A stretch of 58,635 nt of DNA, filler included, from an uncultured virus (IMG/VR IMGVR_UViG_2049941000_000260) (taxonomy: Duplodnaviria > Heunggongvirae > Uroviricota > Caudoviricetes). It is 11 parts of one record of this genome, joined end to end, with 100 filler letters (N's around TTAATTAATTAA, not from the genome) between each part and the next. Parts side by side here need not be neighbours in the genome. Positions count along the whole stretch, not along the records: positions 1 to 1,918 come from IMGVR_UViG_2049941000_000260; positions 2,019 to 2,632 come from IMGVR_UViG_2049941000_000260; positions 2,733 to 7,565 come from IMGVR_UViG_2049941000_000260; positions 7,666 to 25,295 come from IMGVR_UViG_2049941000_000260; 7 more parts are not named here. One strand, 5' to 3'. Every line of letters begins with the position of its first letter. The stretch's first letter is position 1. The position numbers were made by a program, and so were the translations under genes. The notes under the pieces are model-generated. The model did not search any database, had not been told where the DNA came from, and saw nothing but the letters and a program-made list of their open reading frames with translations. This document shows positions 1-9,851 of this stretch, in pieces.

Positions 1-1
1 T

Positions 2-100
2 TTATTAGCCGGTCTTGCGATCGGCTTAATGGTAGCCAATTGGGTAGTAAGTGACACTTTCTGTGATGGCGTTCCAGACTATTACTTGACGGATGACTAA
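2..100 (+). CDS. 3' part of small single-TM membrane protein (copy of 18406-18579)
   Basis: Translates LLAGLAIGLMVANWVVSDTFCDGVPDYYLTDD*; followed by the ATG (102) of the lipoprotein gene MLKTFTQKLKHPCSM. Confidence 0.6.
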   Translation, partial: LLAGLAIGLMVANWVVSDTFCDGVPDYYLTDD

Positions 101-183
101 CATGCTCAAAACATTCACACAAAAATTAAAACATCCATGCAGTATGTNNNNNNNNNNCTCTGGAATGTAAGTTTCGTTCATGG

Positions 184-399
184 TTATCTTTCTAGCAAAA
201 ATTTGCTTCGCACATATCGATATGAGTTTTTGAAAAAGAATAGCAAAATAACAAACCATCCAACTTCTTTAAGTTTCCAACAACAGAACACAATTACAGC
301 ATCTGTTAACCACATCAACAACGTAAAAACACAAACAAGGGTTTCTACCTTCATGTTTATACATTTGCTTATTATGTAGTTTTTAAGTCTTCTAATCAT
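184..399 (-). CDS. small membrane protein downstream of YoeB toxin
   Basis: Two hydrophobic segments; ATG overlaps the toxin stop. Confidence 0.5.
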   Translation of the reverse strand: MIRRLKNYIISKCINMKVETLVCVFTLLMWLTDAVIVFCCWKLKEVGWFVILLFFFKNSYRYVRSKFLLER

Positions 400-487
400 C
401 GTAATGTCCCCAACACCTATCAAACACAATATAGTCTTTTTCAACTATATATACCAATCGATGTTGTTTGTTTATTCTTCTGGAGTA
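392..487 (-). CDS. yoeB: Txe/YoeB family toxin, C-terminal fragment
   Basis: YSRRINKQHRLVY...CWGHYDD is the YoeB C-terminal signature; probably continues fragment 1423-1574. Confidence 0.85.
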   Translation of the reverse strand, partial: YSRRINKQHRLVYIVEKDYIVFDRCWGHYDD

Positions 488-497
488 NNNNNNNNNN

Positions 498-1019
498 ACA
501 GCCAAAGAAGCCAGAGAATTACGACAAGCTTTTTGAAGATCGTGAGTTAAGTGATTATCAGAAAAGCGATATGTCGTTCTATGTCGATTTGGCAAAGAAG
601 AATGGCTTAAGCAAAAAGCAGGCAGAACAACTCTACGACGATGTTTCAGCTGCAATGCAGGAACGGTATCAACGTCAGGCAGAAGAGTATAGCAAGCAAC
701 TTGAAGAAGAGAAAAAGGCTTTCGGTCCTGAGTATCAGAACGTTGTCGATGGCTTAAATGCGTTTGGTTCGAACAAGGTTAAGTCTGGAGAATGGACTGA
801 ACAAATGCAAAAAGATTTCTATGGCATGGCAATGAATACAAATCAGTTGAGGATTCTTTCTCAGCTTGTTGCTAATCAGCCAAAACTAAATCTTGCTGGT
901 GGAAACTCTCAATCTAATGATGGTGATTCATTAACAAAAGAATTGTATAACCTAAGCTCTACCTATCATAAGATGGTTAAGATGGGTCGTGGTGATGAAC
1001 CTGCCGTACAAGAAATGAA
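498..1019 (+). CDS. capsid scaffolding protein fragment
   Basis: Near-identical to 26534-27057 and 4806-5039; acidic and helical. Confidence 0.65.
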
Positions 1020-1029
1020 NNNNNNNNNN

Positions 1030-1263
1030 ATCGACAATGGTGATGGAACCGTTACCTACAATTGCTTTGCTTGCCACAAGCGTGCTCTTGAAGTCGCTGT
1101 TGGAGAAGGCAATGTTGGCGGTTCTGGTGTTCCGATGTTGCGTATTGACCGTGTACCTGAAAAAGGTTCTTGGTTAGTAAATGCTCCATTGAGCTGTGGT
1201 GCTGCTGTTGTTGAAAACAAGGGTATCATCCGTGTAAAGGCAAAAGTTCCAGCAATGGCTTAA
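1030..1263 (+). CDS. major capsid protein, C-terminal fragment
   Basis: FACHKRALEVAVG...RIDRVPEKGSWLVNAPLSCGAAVVENKGIIRV resembles the end of BPP-1/T7-like capsid proteins; overlaps 30028-30468. Confidence 0.8.
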   Translation: MDNGDGTVTYNCFACHKRALEVAVGEGNVGGSGVPMLRIDRVPEKGSWLVNAPLSCGAAVVENKGIIRVKAKVPAMA

Positions 1264-1285
1264 TTAAAAGAAAGGAAAAATTAAA

Positions 1286-1412
1286 ATGTTTAATATTTCT
1301 AAATTCACTTCGGTTGCAGGACAAACTTTGTCTAGCAATGCAGAGATGCACTGGCTATATGAGACTCAAGATAGTGCAGATACTATTCAAAAAAGTGCAG
1401 CAAATGTGCTAA
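1286..1412 (+). CDS. capsid decoration-like protein, N-terminal fragment
   Basis: MFNISKFTSVAGQ matches the start of 5510-6535; directly follows the capsid stop and a GAAAGGA RBS. Confidence 0.6.
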
Positions 1413-1422
1413 NNNNNNNNNN

Positions 1423-1574
1423 TCAGCGTAACCACCAAGTTTTTCGTAGGGTGGTGGTGTTCTAAAAGGATTGCAGCTTGTCATATTATACAAATTAAGG
1501 AATTCGTGATAATATGGACTTCTCTTAATTTTTTTTAGGTCGTTTTTAAACTGTTTGGAAAACTTAATCTTCAT
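1423..1574 (-). CDS. yoeB: Txe/YoeB family toxin, N-terminal fragment
   Basis: MKIKFSKQFKNDLKKIK...NPFRTPPPYEKL; start overlaps the upstream antitoxin stop. Confidence 0.8.
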
Positions 1575-1797
1575 GTTCTAGTATGTATGCAAGAGATTCT
1601 GAAGGTGAATTAAACGTCAAAAGTTTTCCTTCTGCATCATCTTTACGAGCTTGTTTCAAACCTTCCTCAAGTTCTTCCATTGTGTAGGTGTAGTCTTCGT
1701 CATCTTTGAAATGTTTTTCAAGCATTTCATCGATATATCTACTCATTGACATTTGTCGTTTTTTTGATTCTTTTGATAATTTTTCTTTTAAAAAAGG
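1564..1797 (-). CDS. ribbon-helix-helix type antitoxin (N-terminus probably at 29345-29377)
   Basis: LKEKLSKESKKRQMSMSRYIDEMLEKH is RHH-like; acidic C-terminus ending GKLLTFNSPSESL; sits upstream of the toxin. Confidence 0.7.
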   Translation of the reverse strand, partial: PFLKEKLSKESKKRQMSMSRYIDEMLEKHFKDDEDYTYTMEELEEGLKQARKDDAEGKLLTFNSPSESLAYILEHED

Positions 1798-1807
1798 NNN
1801 NNNNNNN

Positions 1808-1918
1808 AGTGTAGTCTTCGTCATCTTCGAAATGTTTTTCAAGCATTTCATCAATGTATCTACTCATAGACATTTGTCGTTTTTTTGATTCTTTTGATAA
1901 TTTTTCTTTTAAAAAAGG
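1808..1918 (-). CDS. second allele fragment of the RHH antitoxin
   Basis: Near-identical to 1685-1797 with a few substitutions. Confidence 0.65.
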
Positions 1919-1962
1919 NNNNNNNNNNNNNNNNNNNNNNNNNNNNNNNNNNNNNNNNNNNN

Positions 1963-1974
1963 TTAATTAATTAA
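1963..1974. other. artificial contig-concatenation spacer TTAATTAATTAA (also near 2677, 7610, 25340, 28865, 31610, 36823, 46615, 56504, 58274)
   Basis: Identical all-frame stop 12-mer flanked by N runs at every occurrence. Confidence 0.97.
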
Positions 1975-2018
1975 NNNNNNNNNNNNNNNNNNNNNNNNNN
2001 NNNNNNNNNNNNNNNNNN

Positions 2019-2632
2019 AACATTTAATACGGTTGTATGGAAAGGAAATGATGAATTTAAAAACAATTTCTTTGCATATATCGATGGCGATGACAACGTG
2101 GTATTTATCACAATCCTTTTAAGCCAAGAGGTCATTGGATTTACTAAGTTGATCTTCAAGCACAATGGAAACAACTCTAAGATATACGCCATATATGCCA
2201 CCAAAGATAAGTTCTATTTGATTAAGGACTCAGGTTTGGCTGGTGGTTATGATTTTGTATGCTTAGATCCTGAATGCTATTTGGATAACTCTGTAACAGC
2301 TACAGTAGCTGCTGGTGCAGTTGCTGGATTAACACGCCATGCAAGTACTACGGTTGATGTTATTTTGAAGACAGACGGTAGCTATCTTGGTCAGTTTGNN
2401 NNNNNNNNNNNNNNNNNNNNNNNNNNNNNNNNNNNNNNNNNNNNNNNNNCTGTAGATGCTGGAGGTAATCTGAATCTTGGAACAAATGATTATGATGGAC
2501 AAAACATTGAGATTGGCTACGGCTATCTTGCAAGCATTGAAACTCTTCCTATAGAAGATGTTCAACGCATTGGCTCAAGTATCGGAAAAGAAAAAATCAT
2601 TAGCGAGGTGTTTGTAAACCCGGAAAGTGTTG
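2019..2632 (+). CDS. tail tubular protein B (nozzle) fragment
   Basis: Overlaps copies at 32771-33124 and 34650-35529; YLD...EIGYGY pattern typical of the gp12-like C-terminal region. Confidence 0.7.
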
Positions 2633-2732
2633 NNNNNNNNNNNNNNNNNNNNNNNNNNNNNNNNNNNNNNNNNNNNTTAATTAATTAANNNNNNNNNNNN
2701 NNNNNNNNNNNNNNNNNNNNNNNNNNNNNNNN

Positions 2733-4337
2733 TGACTCAAAAATCAAAAAGGCAACCAAAGAAAACAACAAGACAGAAGTTGAAAAACTAACACAACAAA
2801 AAGAAGGGCTATTGAAAAACCGTAAAGAAATTGAGAACAAAAAATATACCGTAGAAGATTTTAAGCGTGTTGGTGATGAGTCATATTTAATGCGTGCTTT
2901 CGACAAAAATAAGATAGTTGCAAACATACAAGGCTTTAAAGATGCCGTAAAAGCTGGTATGATTAGTAAGCTTCGGCAAAAGGGGTTGTTTGAAAAAGAA
3001 AACTTAACCGCTTCAGAGAAAGCTATTCTAAAAAAACTCAACAAGCAATTAGATGAGGCTGTTCAGGCTGTTGTTGACGACATTCAAAGAAACTTTCAAG
3101 GCAGACTAACATCAAGAAACTATAGTATTAGAGGTGCTGAACACGAACGTGTTCTTGATTTCGACACAAAATACGTAAAAGACTTTGTTGTAAATCATTA
3201 TGCAGATGCTACCTATCGGTTTATACAAACGATAGTCCCTGATTCTGCAATGATGCGTGCTTTTGGAACAATCAATGTTGACGAGTTGTTTGCAGCTTCA
3301 GCAAAGGATTATGAAGCGTTAATCAAGGCAGCCGGCAACAACAATAAAGAAATTTCAAGATTAAAAGCAAACCAAGCTACAGATCGAGATGACATTGAAG
3401 CTATGTTTAATCGTGTTCGTGGAACAAATGTTTTAGACGCTTGGAGTTTTACTACAGCTGGTCGTGTTATAAATAACAGTGTAGCAACTGTAAAAAACCT
3501 AAACGTTGCCCGCTTGTTGGGTGGTACAACAATGGCTGGAGCAAACGACTTAGGACAGGTTGCGATGGTTTTAGGGTTTAAACGGTTTTATGGAAAGCAA
3601 ACATTAAAAGCTCTAATTGATTTTGTAAAAGGCAAAACTACAGGAAGCTCAATAATAGAGAACGAACCTTTGTTTAGAGCTACCACACTTTGGAGGCAAA
3701 CAAGGCAAGCAAGCTTTGGAGAAATTGTAGGTGGTCAAGGGGTTCTTGCTTGGACTTCTAGATGGACACGTGGATTAGCAAATTCAACCACATTCTTAAG
3801 CGGTATACAAGCTTGGGATGAGACAATGAAGTTTTTATCTGGCTATATTACCTCTGAAACCATACTAAAGGCTGGTGAAAAATTGTTTAACCAAAAACGG
3901 TTAACAAAAAAGGAAGATTTGTTCTTAAAAACTACAGGTATAACTGAAGAACAAACGATAAAAATATACGAACAGTTTAAGCAACATGGCGAAGTTCGTA
4001 ATGGTTTGTATGCTCCTGGTTCGACACAATGGACGGATCGAAAAATTAAAGAACTGTTTGGGGCTGCAATCATGAAAATACAAAACCAGGCAATATTGAC
4101 TCCTGGTGCTGGCACTGTTCCTGTATCTCTTGATCATCCGTTTTTNNNNNNNNNNCAAAATTACAGCGGAATAAAAACAACATCGGAGCGTTTTAAAAAA
4201 TCGCTTTGGGGCAATTCTGAAAAATGGGATGAGTTTAACGCTTTGTTAGCTGACGCAGCAAGGAATGGAGACAAGCATGCAAATCCTATTGTTGAAGAAT
4301 GCGCAAAAGCATTACGTCCCATTACAAATGAAATTGC
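2733..4337 (+). CDS. large internal virion (ejection) protein fragments
   Basis: Near-identical in protein to parts of 38718-42073. Confidence 0.7.
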
Positions 4338-4347
4338 CCAAGAGGGT

Positions 4348-4708
4348 ATAGACTCTGNNNNNNNNNNAAAACAAACCTGTTTTCTTTGTAGTGTTGTTAG
4401 TTGGTATAATAGAATTTATCCCAATTTTCATGATATGGTTGATCTTGCGAACTTTTTGCTTATCGCTTGGAATTCTAACAAACATGAAATTAGCATTACA
4501 CATTTTGCGTGTTTTCTCAGCTGCATGTTTTTTCTTTTGGGTTAAATTTTGTCGCGAAAGATTTTGCAAACTAAGAGAAAAATATCTCATTGAAGAAAGC
4601 GAACTAATGAAACTAAAGGAACAGCTTGAGAGGCAGTTAGCATATATTTATACAGCTAAACTAAACGCTAGCGCGCAGCATAAACAAGAAAAACATTGCT
4701 CACTCTGA
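4348..4708 (+). CDS. accessory membrane protein, convergent on the scaffold gene (5' truncated)
   Basis: Two hydrophobic segments plus a coiled-coil-like C-terminus. Confidence 0.5.
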
Positions 4709-4725
4709 CGATAACAAACAATGAA

Positions 4726-4750
4726 CCCAGCAATAAAGCTGGGCTATTTG
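4726..4750 (+). terminator. hairpin CCCAGC-AATAAA-GCTGGG between convergent genes
   Basis: 6-bp GC-rich stem followed by a short T-rich tract. Confidence 0.45.
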
Positions 4751-4805
4751 TGATTATCAAGGAAGCTATTAACAACCAAAGGTATCGAATTCGACACCTT
4801 TGAAA

Positions 4806-5039
4806 TTATAACTCGTTAGAAACTCCTTGAAGATCAATCATACGATTGTATTCTCCTTGAAGCTTATTCAAACGGGTCTTCATTTCTTGTACGGCAGGTT
4901 CATCACCACGACCCATCTTAACCATCTTGTGATAGGTTGACGAAAGATTATATAGCTCTTTTGTTAGTGAATCACCATCTGTTGCTTGTGAGTTTCCACC
5001 AGCAAGATTTAGTTTTGGCTGATTAGCAACAAGCTGAGA
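4806..5039 (-). CDS. scaffolding protein, C-terminal fragment
   Basis: SQLVANQPKLNLAGGNS...GVSNEL*, overlapping the sequence of 498-1019. Confidence 0.65.
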   Translation of the reverse strand, partial: SQLVANQPKLNLAGGNSQATDGDSLTKELYNLSSTYHKMVKMGRGDEPAVQEMKTRLNKLQGEYNRMIDLQGVSNEL

Positions 5040-5049
5040 NNNNNNNNNN

Positions 5050-5457
5050 GGTGCAAAGCAAGCTACCAGAATACAATGCGTAATCTTTCCAATTAAGCCT
5101 GTCTCCAGCCATTGCGTTATCATAACGAATGATCGTAGGCGGATTGGTAGAAGTATCATATACCGGATTAACCCGGTTTAAATATACGCTATCAATAGCA
5201 ATTAAATCTCCTGGAAGAAGATATGCATACTTCCATTGAGGAATTGGGCTCGTTGCTTGCTTCGTGCATTGTGCAGCCGTTACTGCAAACCGCCATTGAA
5301 ATTTAGAAAAGCACTGATGGACCCAGAGCTCGTAATTTGCATTTAGCAGTCTCGCCTCTCTGCTGTTGTCCGTAAAAGCTTCTATTTCATTTGCTCCAAT
5401 TAGATTTAGAGCTAAATTGCATACCTGAATTTTAGTCTGAAAAGTCGTAGCTGCCAT
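5050..5457 (-). CDS. tail tubular protein A (adaptor), N-terminal part
   Basis: TKIQVCNLALNLIGA...WRFA...WKYAYLLPGD, the classic gp11-like motif series. Confidence 0.85.
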
Positions 5458-5509
5458 GTCTATTGTTTTGGGTGAGACCACTAGATGAATCTCACCCAAA
5501 GGTTAATTG

Positions 5510-6535
5510 TTATCGTTCAATCAATACTGAAACAGCAGCGGTAGAACCTGCAGTACCATCAGCAGTATAAGTTACACTAATTGCATCACCAGCGGCAACA
5601 GCATTCAATGCAGTTGGAGTAGCAACACCGCTACGTTTATCTTGCGCAGCAGCTTCAATTGTTGCAACACCACCTGTTACATTTGTACCGTTAATTGCTA
5701 ATGTGTATGTGCAATCATTCGTTGTGTCAGCAGATAGACCTACAAGCAAACGCTTAATAAAACCTGACGTTGGCGATATTAGATTTGCAGTAGCACCCGT
5801 GTTTGCATTGGCAACAGCAGCATTCAAAGCAATCTGATCCAAATGAGCTGATTCATCACCTTCTGCAATCAAGTATACGATAAACGGAACAGTGCTTCCA
5901 GCAGGTTTGTTTCCAGCAATATTGAATGTGGTTTCAACACAGCTTGCTGTTTTTGCAAACTCTTGTTCATTGAAGTAACCAGCCGTTCCAGAGTTAGCAT
6001 CCGTCATCGAAACCGTTCCAATTTGAGTTCCAAAATTATCGTGTTGCTTCAATGTCAACGTTAACGTCTGTCCAGCACCAATTGTATTAACACGAGCAAT
6101 ACCCATCTTGCTTACGCAAACCGGGAATTGGAAGGAAACATTCGTGTTTTGGAAGCTGGTTGCGCTATCGAACTTACGAACGAGAATTCGCTGTCCACTT
6201 TCCAATGGATATACATAGACAACTTTTTCAACACTGCCTGCAGCATTGCGATATTCGCCTTTGTACAGAACAATATAGTCAATTTCATCAATGACAGTAG
6301 ATGTCAAAGACTCAACGTGTTCTGTAGCATCAGGCGTGCTCATATGACGAACCGTAATGATATTGCCTTCGCTTAATACGCTATAGACTTCGGCAAAGTA
6401 ATTGTTGAAGTGATTTGCGTCTGTCTTTTGAATTGTAGCAGCACTATCTTGTGTTTCATACAAATAATGCATCTCTGCATTTTTTCCAACAGATTGTCCC
6501 GCTACCGAAGTGAATTTAGAAATATTAAAAGCCAT
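5510..6535 (-). CDS. putative capsid decoration / minor head protein, 341 aa
   Basis: Lies between the capsid and tail tubular A genes; Ala/Thr/Gly-rich beta-type C-terminus. Confidence 0.55.
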   Translation of the reverse strand: MAFNISKFTSVAGQSVGKNAEMHYLYETQDSAATIQKTDANHFNNYFAEVYSVLSEGNIITVRHMSTPDATEHVESLTSTVIDEIDYIVLYKGEYRNAAGSVEKVVYVYPLESGQRILVRKFDSATSFQNTNVSFQFPVCVSKMGIARVNTIGAGQTLTLTLKQHDNFGTQIGTVSMTDANSGTAGYFNEQEFAKTASCVETTFNIAGNKPAGSTVPFIVYLIAEGDESAHLDQIALNAAVANANTGATANLISPTSGFIKRLLVGLSADTTNDCTYTLAINGTNVTGGVATIEAAAQDKRSGVATPTALNAVAAGDAISVTYTADGTAGSTAAVSVLIER

Positions 6536-6556
6536 AATTTTTATTCCTTTCTAAAG

Positions 6557-6694
6557 TTAAGCCATTGCAGGAACTCTTGCCTTTACGCGGATGATACCCT
6601 TGTTTTCAACAACAGCAGCACCGCAGCTCAACGGAGCATTTACTAACCACGAACCTTTTTCAGGTACACGGTCAATACGCAACATCGGAACACC
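6557..6694 (-). CDS. major capsid protein C-terminus (another copy)
   Basis: GVPMLRIDRVPEKGSWLVNAPLSCG...VPAMA*. Confidence 0.8.
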   Translation of the reverse strand, partial: GVPMLRIDRVPEKGSWLVNAPLSCGAAVVENKGIIRVKARVPAMA

Positions 6695-6704
6695 NNNNNN
6701 NNNN

Positions 6705-7566
6705 CAACACGAATTGCATCACCAGCAGCCAATACATTGTTAGCTGTTGGAGTAGCAACACCTGATTTCGTTCCAGTTAAAACGGTAGCAACACCATCCG
6801 TAACTGCTCCATCATTAATAGTTAATGTGTATGTAGCGTCAGCAACAGCATTAACAGAGGTACCTACCAATAAACGTTTGATTAATCCAGATGTCGGAGA
6901 TACAAGGTCTACATTACCACCAGTATTAGCATCAGCAACATTAGCATTTAATGCAATTTGGTCTAAACGTGCTTCTTCATCACCCTCTACAACCAAATAT
7001 ATTAAGAATGGAACAGCACTATTACCAGGGGTATTGCCAGCAACATTAAACGTTGTTTCAACACATTTTGTTGATTTAGCAAACGCTGTTTCATTGAAAT
7101 AACCTGCAGTTGCAGAGTTAGCAGCTGTCATAGCAACAGTTCCAATTTGAGCACCAGCATTGTCATGCTGCTTTAACGTCAAAGTAAGGTTGTTTCCCAA
7201 CGTTTGAACACGAACAACGCCCATCTTGCTTACGCAAACGGGGGATTGGAATGAAAGATTCTTATTGGTAAACGCTGTTGTATCGTCAAACTTACGAACC
7301 ATGATGCGTTGGCCTGCTTCTAAAGGATATACAAATACATCCTTTATAATACGACCATTTGCGTCACGATGTTCTCCTTTGTATAAAACAACATAATCGA
7401 TTTCATCAATAAGCGTTGAAGTCATTGACTTGGTTGCAGCCGTAGCATCAGGAGTTGACATGTGACGAACAGTGATAATATTACCTTCGCTTAGCAAACT
7501 GTGTACTTCACCAAAATAGTTATTTAGCACATTTGCTGCACTTTTTTGAATAGTATCTGCACTATN
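6705..7566 (-). CDS. decoration-like protein, divergent allele (partial)
   Basis: Colinear with 5510-6535 with many substitutions; continues 1286-1412. Confidence 0.55.
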
Positions 7567-7665
7567 NNNNNNNNNNNNNNNNNNNNNNNNNNNNNNNNNN
7601 NNNNNNNNNTTAATTAATTAANNNNNNNNNNNNNNNNNNNNNNNNNNNNNNNNNNNNNNNNNNNN

Positions 7666-8244
7666 TTCCGACTTAGAACGCAATAGCTTTGCAGGAGAAC
7701 CGGTCTGTTCAAATATGTACGTCGGCAAATCTTCAGTGCGTACATACTGCTGTATCAATGATGGATCGATTTGTGCTATCGTTCCCAATGCCGTCGTCAA
7801 AGAGTTCAAGTCGTTCATAAACTGTACACGACCAATTGGAGACAATATCTTCAATGTTGTTGTTCTTGGATCAATCTTGGACAACTCAGGTGGCAACTCA
7901 ATAGAACCCACCTTAATAAGTATATCCAAACAATTTTGTATGATCTTCCACAAGAACTGAAATTGGATACGACCCACAACACCCGCAAAAATTTGCAACT
8001 GCCGTTGTGCTATGTACTGAACCTGAGTAGCCGTCATTCGCGGGTCATTTGGGATCGTAAAGTCTAATGCGGTTTCCTTGATTGCTTGTTGCAATTCCTG
8101 GATGTGCATCTGCTCTATTTGTGGATTTCCTGCCGGTTGTAATGGCTGGATTGCCCCCTGCTCTTGTACAGGAATAACTGAATTTGGTCTGATTTTAACC
8201 ATAGCAGGGTTAATTAGCTTGGATACCACAACTGTATATGGACC
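7666..8244 (-). CDS. portal (head-tail connector) fragment
   Basis: RMTATQVQ motif (T7 gp8-like TATEV); same protein as 27969-28820. Confidence 0.85.
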
Positions 8245-8254
8245 NNNNNNNNNN

Positions 8255-8749
8255 GTCTTTTTCTGTGCTCTTAAATGCTACCGAATTATAAAAAACGGTT
8301 GAGTTATCTTCTAGAACGACGTCATTAAACACAACCGAGTGAGAATAAATAATAACATTATTCTTTAGTGTAACAGATCCACATAAAAAAGCATATGGAA
8401 ATAAAATACATTCCTTTCCTATGTTTGCGTCATGTCCTATATAACAGAAAGAACCAATAAGCGTATTCTCTCCTATGACAGCTTCATCGTTAATTCCTGC
8501 TCGCTCTATGATTGTATTGCAACGAATGCTTACGTTATCTTTTATAATAAGCTTCTTGTTAAAAATATCACATTCCGCACTGTCTGCATTCCATACCGTT
8601 GGAGTTTCCCCAATAACACAGTTCTCGCCTATTGTTACATTATTTCCAATAACAACATTCTGGCGAATAATTGTATTATCTCCTATGACAACATTTTCAC
8701 CAAAAGTTGCAGTAGGATCTATCTTACAATTATTCCCTATAAAATTCAT
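8255..8749 (-). CDS. hexapeptide-repeat (left-handed beta helix) LpxD-like acyltransferase
   Basis: IGxN hexapeptide repeats; IER...IGHDANIG aligns by eye with LpxD IDR...IAHNVxIG. Confidence 0.75.
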
Positions 8750-8754
8750 AAACG

Positions 8755-9297
8755 TTATTCTTGAGGCTGTTCTCTTCGTCTTCCAACGATATTACGCCTT
8801 TGTAACATTCTGCCTCTTTCCACCAAAACATCTAAATTCTGCAAAGACTCAAATCCTGCTGGAACATATCTATCTGGTTGCTGTTGACGCAATTCATAAT
8901 TTCTCATAGCATCCAAATAAACTCTGCTCTTAAAAGCATTATTGTAAGCGTCACGAATAAACTTTCCGTTGTCTTGAGCTGCATGATGTCTAGGTTTTCC
9001 TATTGAATTCCTTGTTGTTCTTGCAGGAACATAACGACGCTTAATCTCAGAATCAACGAACGACATCCTCTGATCAAATTCCTGCGGATGATATATTTTC
9101 ATCCTAGCCAAATTGGAGGCAAGCTCATCGGTGGAATACAAATGGTTTGTTCTTAAACTAAACTGTGGTTTTGTATATCCATTGATAGACAATGGTCCTT
9201 CTACAAACTTGTTTGGGTCTGCAAGACCAAGTTTAACTTTATCGTCGTTTTGACGTTGTATAGCTGATCCTATGTTATCAGGTCTAACAAATCCCAT
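8755..9297 (-). CDS. hypothetical protein
   Basis: Intact ORF with a homologous allele at 10415-10936. Confidence 0.7.
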   Translation of the reverse strand: MGFVRPDNIGSAIQRQNDDKVKLGLADPNKFVEGPLSINGYTKPQFSLRTNHLYSTDELASNLARMKIYHPQEFDQRMSFVDSEIKRRYVPARTTRNSIGKPRHHAAQDNGKFIRDAYNNAFKSRVYLDAMRNYELRQQQPDRYVPAGFESLQNLDVLVERGRMLQRRNIVGRRREQPQE

Positions 9298-9301
9298 AAT
9301 C

Positions 9302-9850
9302 TTATCCCAATAACGCGTTTAAAGTTCCATAATATTCATCGTCATTCCATCCGCGACGACGACCACGTTGCATTCTTTGTTGGAGCCTTGCCATACGCTC
9401 GTTCTCTATGTTTAACTCTGCACGTCTTGCAACGTCAGCCGAAGCGGCTCTACGTCTCATTTCTGTATTCTGACGTGATACTTCAGCTTGTTGTTGAGCC
9501 ATATAAGACCTCTGATTATTATAAAATTGTTCCTGCATTTGACGCATTTTAGCGGCTTCATTCATCTTCATGCCTGTATAACCACCAACTGCACCACCAA
9601 GTAATGCAGACTTAGAAACAGTACCAAAACCACCAAGACTTGCCGATCCGCTTAACGCACCAGTAGTAGGAGCAAGCAGTCCACCCAAAGCAGCACCACC
9701 CAAAGCTGGTAATGCAATACGACGTACGTCTTTATTTACCGCAGAAGCAACACCCAAACCCATAGCGGCTGTCCCTGCAACCGTAGCTGCAGTTCCACTA
9801 AACCCTATTAAACCTCCAATAGCACTAGCAACAGGCGCAAAGAAACTCAT
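9302..9850 (-). CDS. Gly/Ala-rich putative virion/ejection protein
   Basis: Hydrophobic Gly/Ala N-half and Gln/Arg coiled-coil C-half; GGAGG RBS; allele at 10941-11489. Confidence 0.55.
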   Translation of the reverse strand: MSFFAPVASAIGGLIGFSGTAATVAGTAAMGLGVASAVNKDVRRIALPALGGAALGGLLAPTTGALSGSASLGGFGTVSKSALLGGAVGGYTGMKMNEAAKMRQMQEQFYNNQRSYMAQQQAEVSRQNTEMRRRAASADVARRAELNIENERMARLQQRMQRGRRRGWNDDEYYGTLNALLG

Positions 9851-9851
9851 A

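Noticed and set aside
571..1263. Apparent fusion proteins in the ORF track (scaffold-capsid, LpxD-VRR-NUC 9852-10418, PnuC-TerS 19791-20192, TerL-virion protein 45403-46146 and others)
   Set aside because: Each crosses a 10-N gap joining fragments whose true continuations are visible elsewhere in the window.
1919..2018. Repeated TTAATTAATTAA as a biological repeat
   Set aside because: Always embedded in N runs; it is an artificial all-frame-stop concatenation spacer.
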